Of a DNA stretch of 56,288 nucleotides, positions 18,721-29,204 are shown piece after piece. Source of the DNA: a bacterium. GTDB lineage: Bacteria > SZUA-182 > DTGQ01. A program made the translations under genes and the position numbers. The DNA is taken from contig JBFMGO010000028.1 in the NCBI GenBank assembly GCA_040752695.1, positions 1 through 56,288 of the forward strand, read 5' to 3'. The stretch's first letter is position 1; the number at the start of each line of letters is the position of its first letter. The notes beneath the pieces are model-generated. The model worked only from the letters and a program-made list of their open reading frames with translations. It made no database searches and was not told the DNA's origin.

Positions 18721-20337
18721 ATGTCCATTTATGGAAAGCTTGGAGTAATCAATACTAACCTGATGGCGAACGCAGCATATCGAGGACTGGAATCGACGAA
18801 CAGCATGTTGAGCGTGCATCAGAATCGGATTGCCACACTGAAAAAAGTCAACTCCTCAGCAGATGATCCCGCCGGTTACATCCACGCTACAGGGATGAAG
18901 ATTGACATGGACGGTATGGAGATGGCCAGCAACAATATCGGTAATGCCCAGAATATGATCAACATTACCAATGATGGTGCATCTTCCATTAAAAACCTGC
19001 TCATGGAGATGCGGCAAAAAGCCCTGGAAGCCAGTGACGGTTCCAAGAACTCCGCCCAGCGGGCCGCCATTCAGGACCAGATTTCTCAGTACATCAATGA
19101 AATTCAGGATACCGTAGACCAGACCACCTGGAACGGTGAACTTCTCCTGGACGGGAATGCCTCCTTTAACTTTCAGACAGGGCCGGATGTCGGCGACAGC
19201 ACCAATTTGGCCATTGGTCTTAACTTCCGTCTCGGACTCAGGCAGGCGAATATGGCCAACGGGTTGCGGGGCGGTGACGTTATTTTCAGCAACACCACGG
19301 CAGTAACTGATGGAGGCAAGCCCACGGTCACCAATGCCGACAGTGTTATCGATGCAGACTGGACCATTGAGTTCACCGGAGATAACTCCTATAAGGTCAG
19401 CTATACTACGGCGGATGGGGTCTCTTTCGATTACGAAAGCACCTTTTACCTGACCGAAGGTCAGCAGTATAGCGGCCGGGGCATCAGTCTGAGCGGTCTG
19501 AGGCTGGCCAGCGGTATAGCAGACAAAAAGTTTGCCGAAGGTGATATCATCACTTTTAATACCAAGGCCACGGTTGATGCCGATCTCTATGGTCTTAGCT
19601 GGGATGTGGAAGATAGAGATAACTATGGTATGTCCCTTACCAGCATGATCGTGGCGGACGGCGACACCGGTACCGGTGGATTAGCCGAGGCCGGAGATCT
19701 GATCGAATATGAAATTAAAGTCTTTGACGGCGGCACCATGAACAGCGGAACTACCTCAGCGGCTCTCAAGATCCGGACCCGCGTGGATAAGGGAGACGGA
19801 AATGGCTGGGGTGACTGGACCGATTGGGAAGATGAAAAAACCATCAATGCCAGTGGAACCATCACCTTTGACGGCACCAATCATCATGCCACCGACTTGG
19901 AGATATCTTTCAGCGGCGGCGATGTCTTGACAGAAGGTGATGTTTTTAAAGGAAAAATTCAGACTTCTCAGGCTGGCCATGTGGTTGATGACAGCGTGAA
20001 TGTGGATGGCCTGACCGGAGCCGGAGGGCTTAACCTGAGCACGGTCAATGGCGCCAAATCTTCCTTGCGCAAGCTTGATGCTGCACTGGCACAAGTTGAC
20101 TCTGAATTAGGCAATATCGGTGCTATGACCAAGCGGCTGGATATGAAATCAAACCTCCTGGACGGAAGGAAAACCCAGACCGCTGCCGCTGTTTCGCGAA
20201 TCGAAGATGCAGACCTGATCAACGAGCAGATGAATGTATCCAAGCTGATGATTCTACAGCAGGCCAATATGTCCCTTCTGGCTCAGGCTCAGCAGTCACC
20301 GAGAATGGTACTGGGAATCCTGGGTCTGGGAGGGTGA
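18721..20337 (+). CDS. fliC: Flagellin
   Basis: INTN, SADDPAG, WNG..LLDG, FQTG; C-terminal LGNIGA..RL, SRIEDAD, ILQQA..LLAQA; variable central domain. Confidence 0.93.
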   Translation: MSIYGKLGVINTNLMANAAYRGLESTNSMLSVHQNRIATLKKVNSSADDPAGYIHATGMKIDMDGMEMASNNIGNAQNMINITNDGASSIKNLLMEMRQKALEASDGSKNSAQRAAIQDQISQYINEIQDTVDQTTWNGELLLDGNASFNFQTGPDVGDSTNLAIGLNFRLGLRQANMANGLRGGDVIFSNTTAVTDGGKPTVTNADSVIDADWTIEFTGDNSYKVSYTTADGVSFDYESTFYLTEGQQYSGRGISLSGLRLASGIADKKFAEGDIITFNTKATVDADLYGLSWDVEDRDNYGMSLTSMIVADGDTGTGGLAEAGDLIEYEIKVFDGGTMNSGTTSAALKIRTRVDKGDGNGWGDWTDWEDEKTINASGTITFDGTNHHATDLEISFSGGDVLTEGDVFKGKIQTSQAGHVVDDSVNVDGLTGAGGLNLSTVNGAKSSLRKLDAALAQVDSELGNIGAMTKRLDMKSNLLDGRKTQTAAAVSRIEDADLINEQMNVSKLMILQQANMSLLAQAQQSPRMVLGILGLGG

Positions 20338-20529
20338 TCTTAGGGTCTCTCTCGGATTACGCCAATAATAGGTTAATGAGTGTCTCCCCGTTTGCTTGAG
20401 TAAGGGGAGGGAAAAGCGAAGAGTCGCTGTAACCGTTTGTCGTCGTCGAATCACCGAATGAAAAACCTCAAGATGGGGAGATCATAAACCGGTCTCCCCT
20501 CTTTTTCGCGTCTTAACAGGATTGACCCC

Positions 20530-20904
20530 ATGAATATGCTCAAAGCTTATGAACAGACAAATAGAACTACAGCCAGTCCTAAACAGGCACTCCTGATCCT
20601 TTACGATCATGCCATCGCCAATCTGGCCCGGTGCGAACATATCGTGATTAACAACCAGGGCCGGGGGGCCTATAAGCATTTTTTGAAAACTCAGGAAATT
20701 ATCACGGGACTGGCCAATGGCCTTTCCTATGAAGGGAAATTGAAAGAAATCAGCAGCCGTCTCTTTACCCTGTATGAATATATGATGGTCAAATTATCCA
20801 GGGTCAACCTGGAAGGGGGAGACGCTTCGATTCTGGCCGAAGTCAGAGGGATGCTGGAGGAGCTTCGGGAAGCCTGGGAACGAGCGGATGACAGACCCCA
20901 GTGA
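20530..20904 (+). CDS. fliS: Flagellin chaperone FliS
   Basis: TASPKQALLILYD, L..LYEYM, ELREAW. Confidence 0.9.
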   Translation: MNMLKAYEQTNRTTASPKQALLILYDHAIANLARCEHIVINNQGRGAYKHFLKTQEIITGLANGLSYEGKLKEISSRLFTLYEYMMVKLSRVNLEGGDASILAEVRGMLEELREAWERADDRPQ

Positions 20905-23900
20905 AATTAACATGTTGAAGTTAACTGCCTATCAGAAAAATATATCTGCCCTGCAGGAAAAATCACCGGAATTTTCCCTCTGGTTGAAAAGCCAGCCAAA
21001 TCAAAGACAGGTCGAGCTTATCAATACACTTGCAGGCAGGCTGGATCTTCGCCTCCAGACAGAGGACGGGAAAACCGTGGTGCTGTACAACCATGACGAT
21101 CCCGTTCAACTTACCCGCGATGATCTTGAGAATCGGGAATTTTTAAAGGAAAGTGTCACCTTTCTCTTCGGATTGGGGCTGGGATACAAAGTTCAGCAGG
21201 TTCTCGAAAAGATGGAAAATGGCCATCTTCTCTTTATCGTGGAACAGGATCCCCAGATTATCCGGTTGGCGCTCAGCCTTCACGATTTCTCTGATGCTGT
21301 CAGACAGGAACGGCTGATCTTCTGCATTCCGGAGGAGGAACAGGTCCGCAGAAAGATTAATCAGCAGGGCCCACGGCTGCTGGACGGCAAGATAAGCCTG
21401 GAACTGGAGGATTTTGCCCCTAAAATCTCCCCTCTCTATTCCGTTCTGTTCAAGAGCAGCCAGAGGTTTTGCAATACGCTGTTTCTATCCTACAATACCT
21501 TTGTCGCTTTAAGCGATACCTTTATAGTCAATGAGCTGAAGAACCTCCCCAAGATCGTTCTGGGCCATAGCACGCACGGGTTCTGCATGTCAGAGGATGC
21601 AGATGGCCAATTCAGCCATATACCGGCCATTTTGGTAGCTACCGGGCCTTCTCTGCAAAAAAATATTCATTTGCTGGCCAAGGCGAGGGGAAAAGCTGTT
21701 ATCATTGCCGTAGGTCAGGCTCTTCGGGTTTTGCTGGCCTATGGTATAACTCCTGATATTATCTGCTCCATCGATTTTGGCAAACCAAACTACCACGATC
21801 TGGAAGATGTTATCCTGGATGCCACCATGCCCCTTGTTATCGACAGCCGGGTCTATCCGAGGATTCCCTTTGAATATCAAGGGGACCTGGTTATTCCGGT
21901 CTCGTACGACGACATCCTCTTTCAGGCTAAAGGCAATTATCGGGAAAAGGTCAACCGGGGGAAAACGGTCGCTCAATTGTGCCTCAATCTGGCCCTGGCC
22001 ATGGGTGCCGATCCGATCGTTTTTACCGGTCAGGATCTGGCCCTGGGTGCAACCAGCCATATTTCCGGTGCCAACGCAGATACCAGCGTGGTACTTCAGG
22101 GAAATTCGATTGTCCGGCGGAGCGCAAAAGGGGAAGTAGTCAACGAAGCTTACTGGGTGGATGGCATCTATGGCGGAAAAGTGCTCACTACCAAGGTTCT
22201 GATGGGATACCTGGAGGATTTTGAGAATACGATTAAAAATTCTCCCGATAGGCACTTTATCGATGCCACCGAGGGCGGGGCGAGGATCAAGGGCACAGAA
22301 GTCATGACCTTGCAGGAGGCCCTGGATCAATACTGCCGAGAGGAATACGATATCCCCCGTCTCATCAGGCAGGCGTTGACTCCCCTCGATCCTGATATCG
22401 AAATACTGACCGGTGATCTGGATGCGGTCAGCCTGCTGGTTCATAAGATCCTGCGTATTAATAAAAAACTTGAAAAGCCTATCAGGCTCATGAGGAGGCT
22501 GCTGCCTTACGCAGACGGCGAAAGTCCCTCTCAATCTCCCGATAAAAAAGAAGGACTTGAGCAAGAGGCTTCAAAACAGGAGGGTGAAGAGGAAGCTTTA
22601 AACGAGCAGAAAGCCTTAAACAAGGGGAGACTCGATCGGGATACATTTTCGGAGAGCCGGAAAAAACAGTTTGAAGAGCTCAGTCAGAATGTCCACCGTG
22701 GATTCAGGCAGATTTCCAGGGCGATCAATTCCCATCGGATTATCCGAAGCTCTCTGGGCAAGGTCAGGCATGCCCTCATGCAAAGACAAAACAGATACGA
22801 GGATGATGCCCCTTTTTCCGAAAAGGCCAGGGTCACGCTCAACCGCTATGAGCTCGCTCATTCGGGATTCGGTGCAGTTGTCAGCCGGGTCAAAGATGCC
22901 CTGGATGAAACCCTCTCCCAGCTCAAAAGATACCGGAGATTAAAGAGACGGAAAAATGAAGCCGAGGGCCGGATGTCGGATGAGGCAAGGGCTGATTTTC
23001 ATTTTCAGATGGGCCTTTGCCTGAAAAGGATGGGTTATCTGAAGCGGGCTATTCCGGAGTTTGAGCAAGCCAAATTCGCAGGGAGCCCCTGTGGCACAAT
23101 GAGCCCCGCTGACAGCAGGGGTAAAAAAGAGGAAGTCCTCCGTGAGCTTGTCGAAATATATCTGACCCTCGAGCAGTTCGATCAGGCGCAAGCGTGTCTG
23201 AAGGAACTCCAGTCAGGTTCGCCAGACCCGCAGGGTGATGCCGGATTTCGCACGGGAAAAATGCAAGATAAGATTCAGGCCAGCAGGAAAAAATGCCTGG
23301 AGAAATACCTGAACAAAGCCTGTGAGCGATCCCGGGGAGGAGACTTTGTCAATGCTATTCTCTACTCACGAAAAGTCCTGGCCATAGATCCTGACGAGGG
23401 ATCGTGCTCATCAGCTCAAGCCAGGGATATCCTGAAAAATTCCCTGGAGCAGTGCCGTCAAAAGATCACCTCCACTCAGGAAGATATCCGGCAATTGAAG
23501 GAAGAAGGGGAACGCAAAAAAGAACTTGCCCTACAACTGGCAGAGGCAAGAAAATTGATCCAAAGCAATGACTTTGATAAGGCCGTCCAGGCTTATCAGG
23601 AAATTATGGCCACCCAAAAGGACCATCCGGAAGTTCATTTTGGGCTGTCCAGGGCCTATCAAGGGCAAAAGGACTGGGAATCGGCCCTTAAAGAACTCAG
23701 GTGGCTTGCCGAGCGCTACCCGCACAAGGCACAGGTTCATGTAGATATCGGAGACACTTACCTCTCCATCTCCGGTACCGATTGTCAGGAAGCATCTTCA
23801 ACGATCGCTGATGCCTTTTTGGCCTATAAAAAGGCGATCGAAACGGACAAAAGTTTTGTTCACCTTTACCTGAAGATGGCCAATATCTGTTTCCGATCGG

Positions 23901-24100
23901 GAAAGATCGAGGATGCAATTGTACACTATGAGGATTACCTCAACCTGAACCCGGCAGATTACCATTCTCTCGTTAAACTGGGGGATTGCTATCTTCTCAT
24001 GGGAGCCAGGGATGCAGCTAAAATAGGTTATCAGGCGGCTCTTCGCATTCAACCGAATTATTTACCGGCTGTGGAAAGGATCACCCGATTGTCCCTGTAA
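20888..24100 (+). CDS. maf: Motility-associated factor (Maf/DUF115) flagellin glycosyltransferase with C-terminal TPRs
   Basis: ATGPSL.KN, TVA..CLNLA..MGADPI.F.GQDLA, IDATEGGA.I.GT; TPR repeats; follows fliC-fliS. Confidence 0.85.
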   Translation: MTDPSEINMLKLTAYQKNISALQEKSPEFSLWLKSQPNQRQVELINTLAGRLDLRLQTEDGKTVVLYNHDDPVQLTRDDLENREFLKESVTFLFGLGLGYKVQQVLEKMENGHLLFIVEQDPQIIRLALSLHDFSDAVRQERLIFCIPEEEQVRRKINQQGPRLLDGKISLELEDFAPKISPLYSVLFKSSQRFCNTLFLSYNTFVALSDTFIVNELKNLPKIVLGHSTHGFCMSEDADGQFSHIPAILVATGPSLQKNIHLLAKARGKAVIIAVGQALRVLLAYGITPDIICSIDFGKPNYHDLEDVILDATMPLVIDSRVYPRIPFEYQGDLVIPVSYDDILFQAKGNYREKVNRGKTVAQLCLNLALAMGADPIVFTGQDLALGATSHISGANADTSVVLQGNSIVRRSAKGEVVNEAYWVDGIYGGKVLTTKVLMGYLEDFENTIKNSPDRHFIDATEGGARIKGTEVMTLQEALDQYCREEYDIPRLIRQALTPLDPDIEILTGDLDAVSLLVHKILRINKKLEKPIRLMRRLLPYADGESPSQSPDKKEGLEQEASKQEGEEEALNEQKALNKGRLDRDTFSESRKKQFEELSQNVHRGFRQISRAINSHRIIRSSLGKVRHALMQRQNRYEDDAPFSEKARVTLNRYELAHSGFGAVVSRVKDALDETLSQLKRYRRLKRRKNEAEGRMSDEARADFHFQMGLCLKRMGYLKRAIPEFEQAKFAGSPCGTMSPADSRGKKEEVLRELVEIYLTLEQFDQAQACLKELQSGSPDPQGDAGFRTGKMQDKIQASRKKCLEKYLNKACERSRGGDFVNAILYSRKVLAIDPDEGSCSSAQARDILKNSLEQCRQKITSTQEDIRQLKEEGERKKELALQLAEARKLIQSNDFDKAVQAYQEIMATQKDHPEVHFGLSRAYQGQKDWESALKELRWLAERYPHKAQVHVDIGDTYLSISGTDCQEASSTIADAFLAYKKAIETDKSFVHLYLKMANICFRSGKIEDAIVHYEDYLNLNPADYHSLVKLGDCYLLMGARDAAKIGYQAALRIQPNYLPAVERITRLSL

Positions 24101-24121
24101 ACCGATGCCAAGCACATTAAT

Positions 24122-24273
24122 ACTGAAAATCGCGCAGGATTGAAAGTCGCGCAGGACTGAAGATCACATAGGCTGAAAGATCGCACAACGGAAAATCGCA
24201 CTGGACCGACCAAGCGGAAAATGCGGCGAACGAAAAATGCAGTAAGCGGAAAATACAGCGAGCGGAAAATGCA
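24122..24273. repeat. Degenerate 16-17 nt tandem repeats
   Basis: ctgaaaatcgcgcagga-like units grading into gcggaaaatgcagcga-like units. Confidence 0.7.
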
Positions 24274-24291
24274 AAGGAGGAATCAACACCA

Positions 24292-25320
24292 ATGAGATTC
24301 TTAGTCGTAGGGCTGGGCTCCCTGGGTAAACGCCGAATCCGGAATCTGAAATACCTGCAATCGGGAACCATTATCGGGTGTGATCCCCGTCTGGATAGAA
24401 GGGATGAAACCTCACAGCGGTATAGAATTCAGACCTTTGAGAACTTCAATGAGGCTATGAATCAAGATCCTGAGATTCTCATTATCTCAGCATCTCCAAA
24501 CCTGCGGCTGCACTACGCCCTGGAGGCGGCAGCAGCCAATAAGCACTTTTTTGCCGAAGCCTGCCCGCAGGATGAGCAGATGACCGAATTGGTCACGATG
24601 CTTCAGGGGAAAAAAATCGTGGCTGCTCCCTCCTGCACTCTCTGTTTTTATCCAGGCCCGAAAAAAGTCAAAAATCTCCTCCTGAAGGGTACCATAGGCC
24701 AGCCCTTATCCTTCACTTACCATTCCGGCCAGTATTTGCCGGGCTGGCATCCTGCCGAAGATTTCTGGCCTTTCTCGGATTCCCCGCAAAGCCCTGAAGC
24801 CTACCGGGAAATCCTCCCCTTTGAACTGGTCTGGCTCAGCATTCTGTTCGGAAGCATTGAATCGGTCTCGACGTTCAAGGGAAAAGTCGGCAACTCCGAG
24901 GTAGATATGTGTGACGCTCCACACCGGTGGCTGCTCAGGTTCGAAAGCGGGACCACCGGCTATCTGCTGCTCGATATGACTTCCAGGGCGCCGATTCAGC
25001 GCATGCATCTTACCGGGGAGGAAGGACATATCGAATGGGATAACAGGGAACAACTCATCAGGATTTACTCAGGCGAAAACTGCCTGAAGCAAACAGAACC
25101 GCTGATCCGCGGTTGTGTGGAAAATATGTATATTAAACCGGAAGAGCCTTATGTTGACGAGTTGCGGAGCTTTCTGGAAGCTATTTACGGGATCGCACCC
25201 TTTCCCCATACTTTTAAAAAGCATCAGGAAATCCTGACTCTGGTCGACCAGTCAGGAGAAGCCGCTTCAAAGGAACGAAAGGGGATCTCTGCGCCGGAGC
25301 CGGAAGTGGAAGTGTCGTAA
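24292..25320 (+). CDS. Gfo/Idh/MocA-family oxidoreductase (probable nucleotide-sugar pathway)
   Basis: LVVGLGSLGKRR Rossmann motif, GQYLPGWHP.ED. Confidence 0.85.
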   Translation: MRFLVVGLGSLGKRRIRNLKYLQSGTIIGCDPRLDRRDETSQRYRIQTFENFNEAMNQDPEILIISASPNLRLHYALEAAAANKHFFAEACPQDEQMTELVTMLQGKKIVAAPSCTLCFYPGPKKVKNLLLKGTIGQPLSFTYHSGQYLPGWHPAEDFWPFSDSPQSPEAYREILPFELVWLSILFGSIESVSTFKGKVGNSEVDMCDAPHRWLLRFESGTTGYLLLDMTSRAPIQRMHLTGEEGHIEWDNREQLIRIYSGENCLKQTEPLIRGCVENMYIKPEEPYVDELRSFLEAIYGIAPFPHTFKKHQEILTLVDQSGEAASKERKGISAPEPEVEVS

Positions 25321-25430
25321 CCGGATTTTGTGCCTTGAATATCCTTTAGTATTCTATAATATTCTATACTATCTTGATATTTTTTGCATCTTTGCGGCGG
25401 GGTGACTGACGGTTTCCGTTTGAGAAAACC

Positions 25431-25503
25431 GGCCCCTTAAAGGGGCTGATGGGGGTAGATTTGCGTAATCCCCCTTTTTCAAAGGCAGGAGGCAAGGGGG
25501 ATT
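25431..25503. repeat. REP-like double hairpin
   Basis: GCCCCTTAAAGGGGC followed by AATCCCCCTT...AAGGGGGATT. Confidence 0.45.
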
Positions 25504-25584
25504 TTTTGCAGCCCATGGTTTTATGCTATGGTTTTGTGCCATGGTTTTATGCTCATGAAATTGCCCTATGATAGCGGCTATATC

Positions 25585-26169
25585 TTACTTCATAAGCATC
25601 AATATGGTAACAATCACCCCGGTTTGTGCAACCATGAGGCCCGCAATCCATTTGATTACACCTGAGCGGACAGATTCAATTTCCTTAGTGAGCTTCAGTT
25701 CTACCTCTTTTATTTCACCCCTGACCGTTTCTATTTCTTTGGTGAGCTTCAGCTCTACCTCTTTTATTTCACCCCTGACAGATTCAATTTCCTTAGTGAG
25801 CTTCAGCTCTACCTCTCTTATTTCACCCCTGACCGTTTCTATTTCTTTGGTGAGCTTCAGCTCTACCTCTTTTATTTCACTCCTGACCGTTTCTATTTCT
25901 TTGGTGAGCTTCAGCTCTACCTCTCTTATTTCACCCCTGACCGTTTCTATTTCTTTGGTGAGCTTCAGCTCTACCTCTTTTATATCTCCCCGGGTTATTT
26001 CTATCTCTTTGATCAGTTTAAGCTCACCTTCCCGCAGGTTTTCTTTTGTCACCAATTCCTGTCTTGTATCATTAATCAGGCCGATGATATCCTTTACTGC
26101 TGCCTTAGCCTTTTCCTTGCCGAAACTTTCTTCGAAAATCCCATATAATTCAAGCGATTCGATATTCAT
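25585..26169 (-). CDS. DUF1640/CCDC90-like coiled-coil protein with six 18-aa repeats and a C-terminal TM helix
   Basis: LVTKE.L neck motif, IKEVELKLTKEIETVRGE repeats, IKWIAGLMVAQT anchor. Confidence 0.85.
   Translation of the reverse strand: MNIESLELYGIFEESFGKEKAKAAVKDIIGLINDTRQELVTKENLREGELKLIKEIEITRGDIKEVELKLTKEIETVRGEIREVELKLTKEIETVRSEIKEVELKLTKEIETVRGEIREVELKLTKEIESVRGEIKEVELKLTKEIETVRGEIKEVELKLTKEIESVRSGVIKWIAGLMVAQTGVIVTILMLMK
25665..26010 (-). repeat. 54-nt near-perfect tandem repeat, about 6 copies
   Basis: tctatttctttggtgagcttcagctctacctcttttatttcacccctgaccgtt units. Confidence 0.95.
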
Positions 26170-26248
26170 TGGTTTTTCCCTCTTGGCCACCATGCTCCTA
26201 ATATACCTTATTTTTCGGCCAAAAGTCAAAGTTTACCGGGTGATTCGC

Positions 26249-28459
26249 TCAACCAGCCGCAAAGAAAGGGCAAGGGGCCACGGCAATCCTCATAACATAC
26301 GATACGCCGTGCGCTGATCTATCTGCCGAAGATGCTCGATCCATCCGCCTTGTTTCGTCCATTTCTCCTGCGGACAGGCTTAGACGGTAAAAGCAGGTAT
26401 CACCTACCGGCCGGTAGGTGATTAACCCGATCAAGGCTGCGGCTGTCTTATCGACCTCTATGCGGATAGATCGCTGCTCGTCTCCAAGTTCTACCACGCC
26501 ACTGGTAAGTCCCAGTCCCTGACTGGCAGATACAAGGAATGACACCGATTTGCCATGATCAAACCCCTGACCGGACTGGTGGCCGGATGGAATTCCAGGC
26601 TGGAAGCCGGCTGGATATCCACTCAGGGTGAATCTCTCCCATTCGTGGCCGCCGTTATGGGTGCGGTAAAAGAGCGTAGAACGCTCGAAAGCCGCAGGAT
26701 TAAGGGTGATGTGGCCTGCCCGCAAAGAACCTGGGGGCATGGCTTCCCAGTCGAGCTTATACTCCAGTTCCACCCGTGGTGAGATGTGGAAAACCCGCAC
26801 CCGTTTGCAGACCGGCCCAAGAGGCGTCGGGACAGCCCCGGTAATATCTATCCAGGAGCCTGTATTTTCAACCGCGGGCTCTACCGGATTGAGGTCCGTT
26901 ACTTTAGGCTGGCCGAAAGACTCCAGGACCAGGTGACCGGTATAAAAGTCAGCTCCCAGGGCTATGTCGTCGTAGTAGCCGTGGGGCAGCGTACCGATTA
27001 GAGGCTTGTCCGATATCTCCTTGAACCACAGGCCGTCAAAGGCCAGCCCCCTGCGGGTATTCAGGCGCAGCCGGAGTGCATTCGTTTCCACGGACAGGTA
27101 GCGTCCGCGGCGCTCGATCGTGAAATGAGGGGAAGGGGAATGGCAGAAAGACTGCTGACCGAAAGACAAAGGGGCAGGGGGATCAGGGGATATGCCTTTT
27201 GCCCTGTTCTCGAAAGCGGCCAGGTATTCCAGATAACCAGCCCATCTTTTTTCCGTGATATGAGTGCGAAAATCGCTGCTCCATAAGAAGCAAAGATCGC
27301 GCCAATCATCATTTGGCCAGACACTGCCAGGGGACAATCCGGCATCGACAACCATGTCAGTGCCAGTGGCCATGCCAGCACCAGCAGCCACCCCAGCCCC
27401 GGCATCAGCAGCCACGCCGGCGCTGGCATCAGCAACCACGCCAGCAACCACGCCGGCGCTGGCCGGGCAGTTTGCCTTCAGCGCTTCATAGATACGCCAG
27501 CAGGCCGTGTTGATCCCAAGGTCATTCCGCCCGGTTACTGCCCAGCGGGTGATATTATATTTCCCCTGCTTCTTGACTGGAACCGGCTGTTCGGGAGATT
27601 CCAGGTGCAGCCTGTTGCCTGCTCCGGACTGATGGATCAATTCCAACACCTCGCCGGGCCGGACAAACCGGAAGCGGCTATCTGTCAGGAGGTATTCAAA
27701 GAGTCGCTCGATGCGCAGCCAATCGCTCTCCTGGCCGAGAGGGGCTTCTGTATGGTAGCGGCCCGGTCGAAAGTCAAAGATTTCGACGTCATTGCCATAA
27801 AGCGGGAAAGCGCGTGGCTGCTCTGTCATGTGTCTGTTGAGATAATCGAGATATTCCTCAAGCTCGATTTCTGCGTGGGCATATCGCTGAAACTTCTGGA
27901 AGGCAATGGATTTATTCCAGATGAGGGGAATCTCCCGGCCGCTCTGATCACAGGCAATCTGAGGCAAATAGCGCCACTTGGCATTCCATTCTGGATGGCT
28001 GGAAGCAGGATTGTCCCATTCCATGATAATGGCCTTATAGCCTGCATTCAGATAATGCCCGACCAGACCGGCAGAGTAAGCCTGTTCGTTGACCAGGGCG
28101 ATGTGCGGGCGCATACTCAAAAGCCGCTCGTAGGTCAGATGCCCTAAGGCCAGATTGGCGGCATTCACTAAAGGCGGCACCAGCGGGCCGATGACCTGGC
28201 TGTAACCGCTGCCTATGAGTTCCAAGGGGCCGTCAGCCATAAGCCGCCGCAATTCGTCAAGCCAGGCAGGATCATGCCGGGCCGCTGCCTCCAGGGTATA
28301 GCCGGAGGCTTCGATGCCAAATGGCAGGTTGTAGGTGCGGGCCAGCCGCAGCAGGGGCCAGTAGCAGCGTTTCAACACTTCCGGCTGTTCTTCCTCTTCG
28401 ATCGAGGAGTAAGCCAGATTGAGATGAAAGATGACGTATAAAAGAAGGCAGTTAGGCAC
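26249..28459 (-). CDS. Glycoside hydrolase family 57-like protein with internal Ala/Gly/Val repeat insertion
   Basis: FHLN, CYWPLL, ELIGSGYSQ.I.PL, NEQAYS, YGNDVEIF. Confidence 0.75.
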   Translation of the reverse strand: MPNCLLLYVIFHLNLAYSSIEEEEQPEVLKRCYWPLLRLARTYNLPFGIEASGYTLEAAARHDPAWLDELRRLMADGPLELIGSGYSQVIGPLVPPLVNAANLALGHLTYERLLSMRPHIALVNEQAYSAGLVGHYLNAGYKAIIMEWDNPASSHPEWNAKWRYLPQIACDQSGREIPLIWNKSIAFQKFQRYAHAEIELEEYLDYLNRHMTEQPRAFPLYGNDVEIFDFRPGRYHTEAPLGQESDWLRIERLFEYLLTDSRFRFVRPGEVLELIHQSGAGNRLHLESPEQPVPVKKQGKYNITRWAVTGRNDLGINTACWRIYEALKANCPASAGVVAGVVADASAGVAADAGAGVAAGAGMATGTDMVVDAGLSPGSVWPNDDWRDLCFLWSSDFRTHITEKRWAGYLEYLAAFENRAKGISPDPPAPLSFGQQSFCHSPSPHFTIERRGRYLSVETNALRLRLNTRRGLAFDGLWFKEISDKPLIGTLPHGYYDDIALGADFYTGHLVLESFGQPKVTDLNPVEPAVENTGSWIDITGAVPTPLGPVCKRVRVFHISPRVELEYKLDWEAMPPGSLRAGHITLNPAAFERSTLFYRTHNGGHEWERFTLSGYPAGFQPGIPSGHQSGQGFDHGKSVSFLVSASQGLGLTSGVVELGDEQRSIRIEVDKTAAALIGLITYRPVGDTCFYRLSLSAGEMDETRRMDRASSADRSAHGVSYVMRIAVAPCPFFAAG

Positions 28460-28868
28460 CTTTAATACCTATAAAAGGTAGTAATGGAACGACACGAATC
28501 ATTGTAGGGGGAGGGTAAGAAAATGTCAACTGGATCTTTCATCTCGTCCGTAATGAGAACAATGTCAATCCGGAGCCGTCCAAAGACAAGCCACAAGGCT
28601 GGTTTGGCCTTATGGTTATGACCAAGGGATAGGGATCCAGGCAATTCGGCTGATAGGGAAGAAATGATGAATTCTCCTTTTTCATAACGAGTGACCGTCT
28701 TCATCCTTTCATCACAATGGATTCTCCTTACATTGCCGTATTTCTCGCTGGCGAGCTGTATAGAATATATACCCCTTTTCCCATACGGAATATGGAACGA
28801 ATCGGGGCCAGTCATCGACTATACAGAATAATTCGTTGTAAATCAACAGCAAAATAATTATACCCTGC

Positions 28869-28885
28869 AAGGCACGATATGTGCA
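28869..28885 (+). promoter_or_regulatory. Possible sigma54 -24/-12 promoter
   Basis: AAGGCACGATATGTGCA (GG-N10-GC). Confidence 0.4.
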
Positions 28886-29204
28886 TTTCTTCTCGCATAG
28901 TGAACGTTAAAATCAGTCAAAACGAAGCACCAAGGGGGTGATTATACAAGGAAGAAAAAACAAAAAGAGAAAGAGATGTTCGCAATGAGAATTAGCCAAG
29001 GCCGTGCTACTATCTGCATGATTCCCGTGAATCGTCCTCTACCCCGCTGCTCTCGTACAATTTTGATTATTCATTATGATTGGTTATAATTATTTATAAA
29101 TAATTATAAGTAGTTATGATTAATCGCTAATGATTATAATCGTTTGTTCCTGAGGCTTAAGGCGGATATTTTTAATCTTACAGGCTAGGAAAGGAGTTAG
29201 TTAC

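Noticed and set aside
25568..26317. 249-aa Ser-rich plus-strand ORF
   Set aside because: Antisense reading of the 54-nt repeat gene
28462..28815. 117-aa minus-strand ORF upstream of the GH57-like gene
   Set aside because: No recognisable motif or clear RBS; cannot be supported, though not excluded
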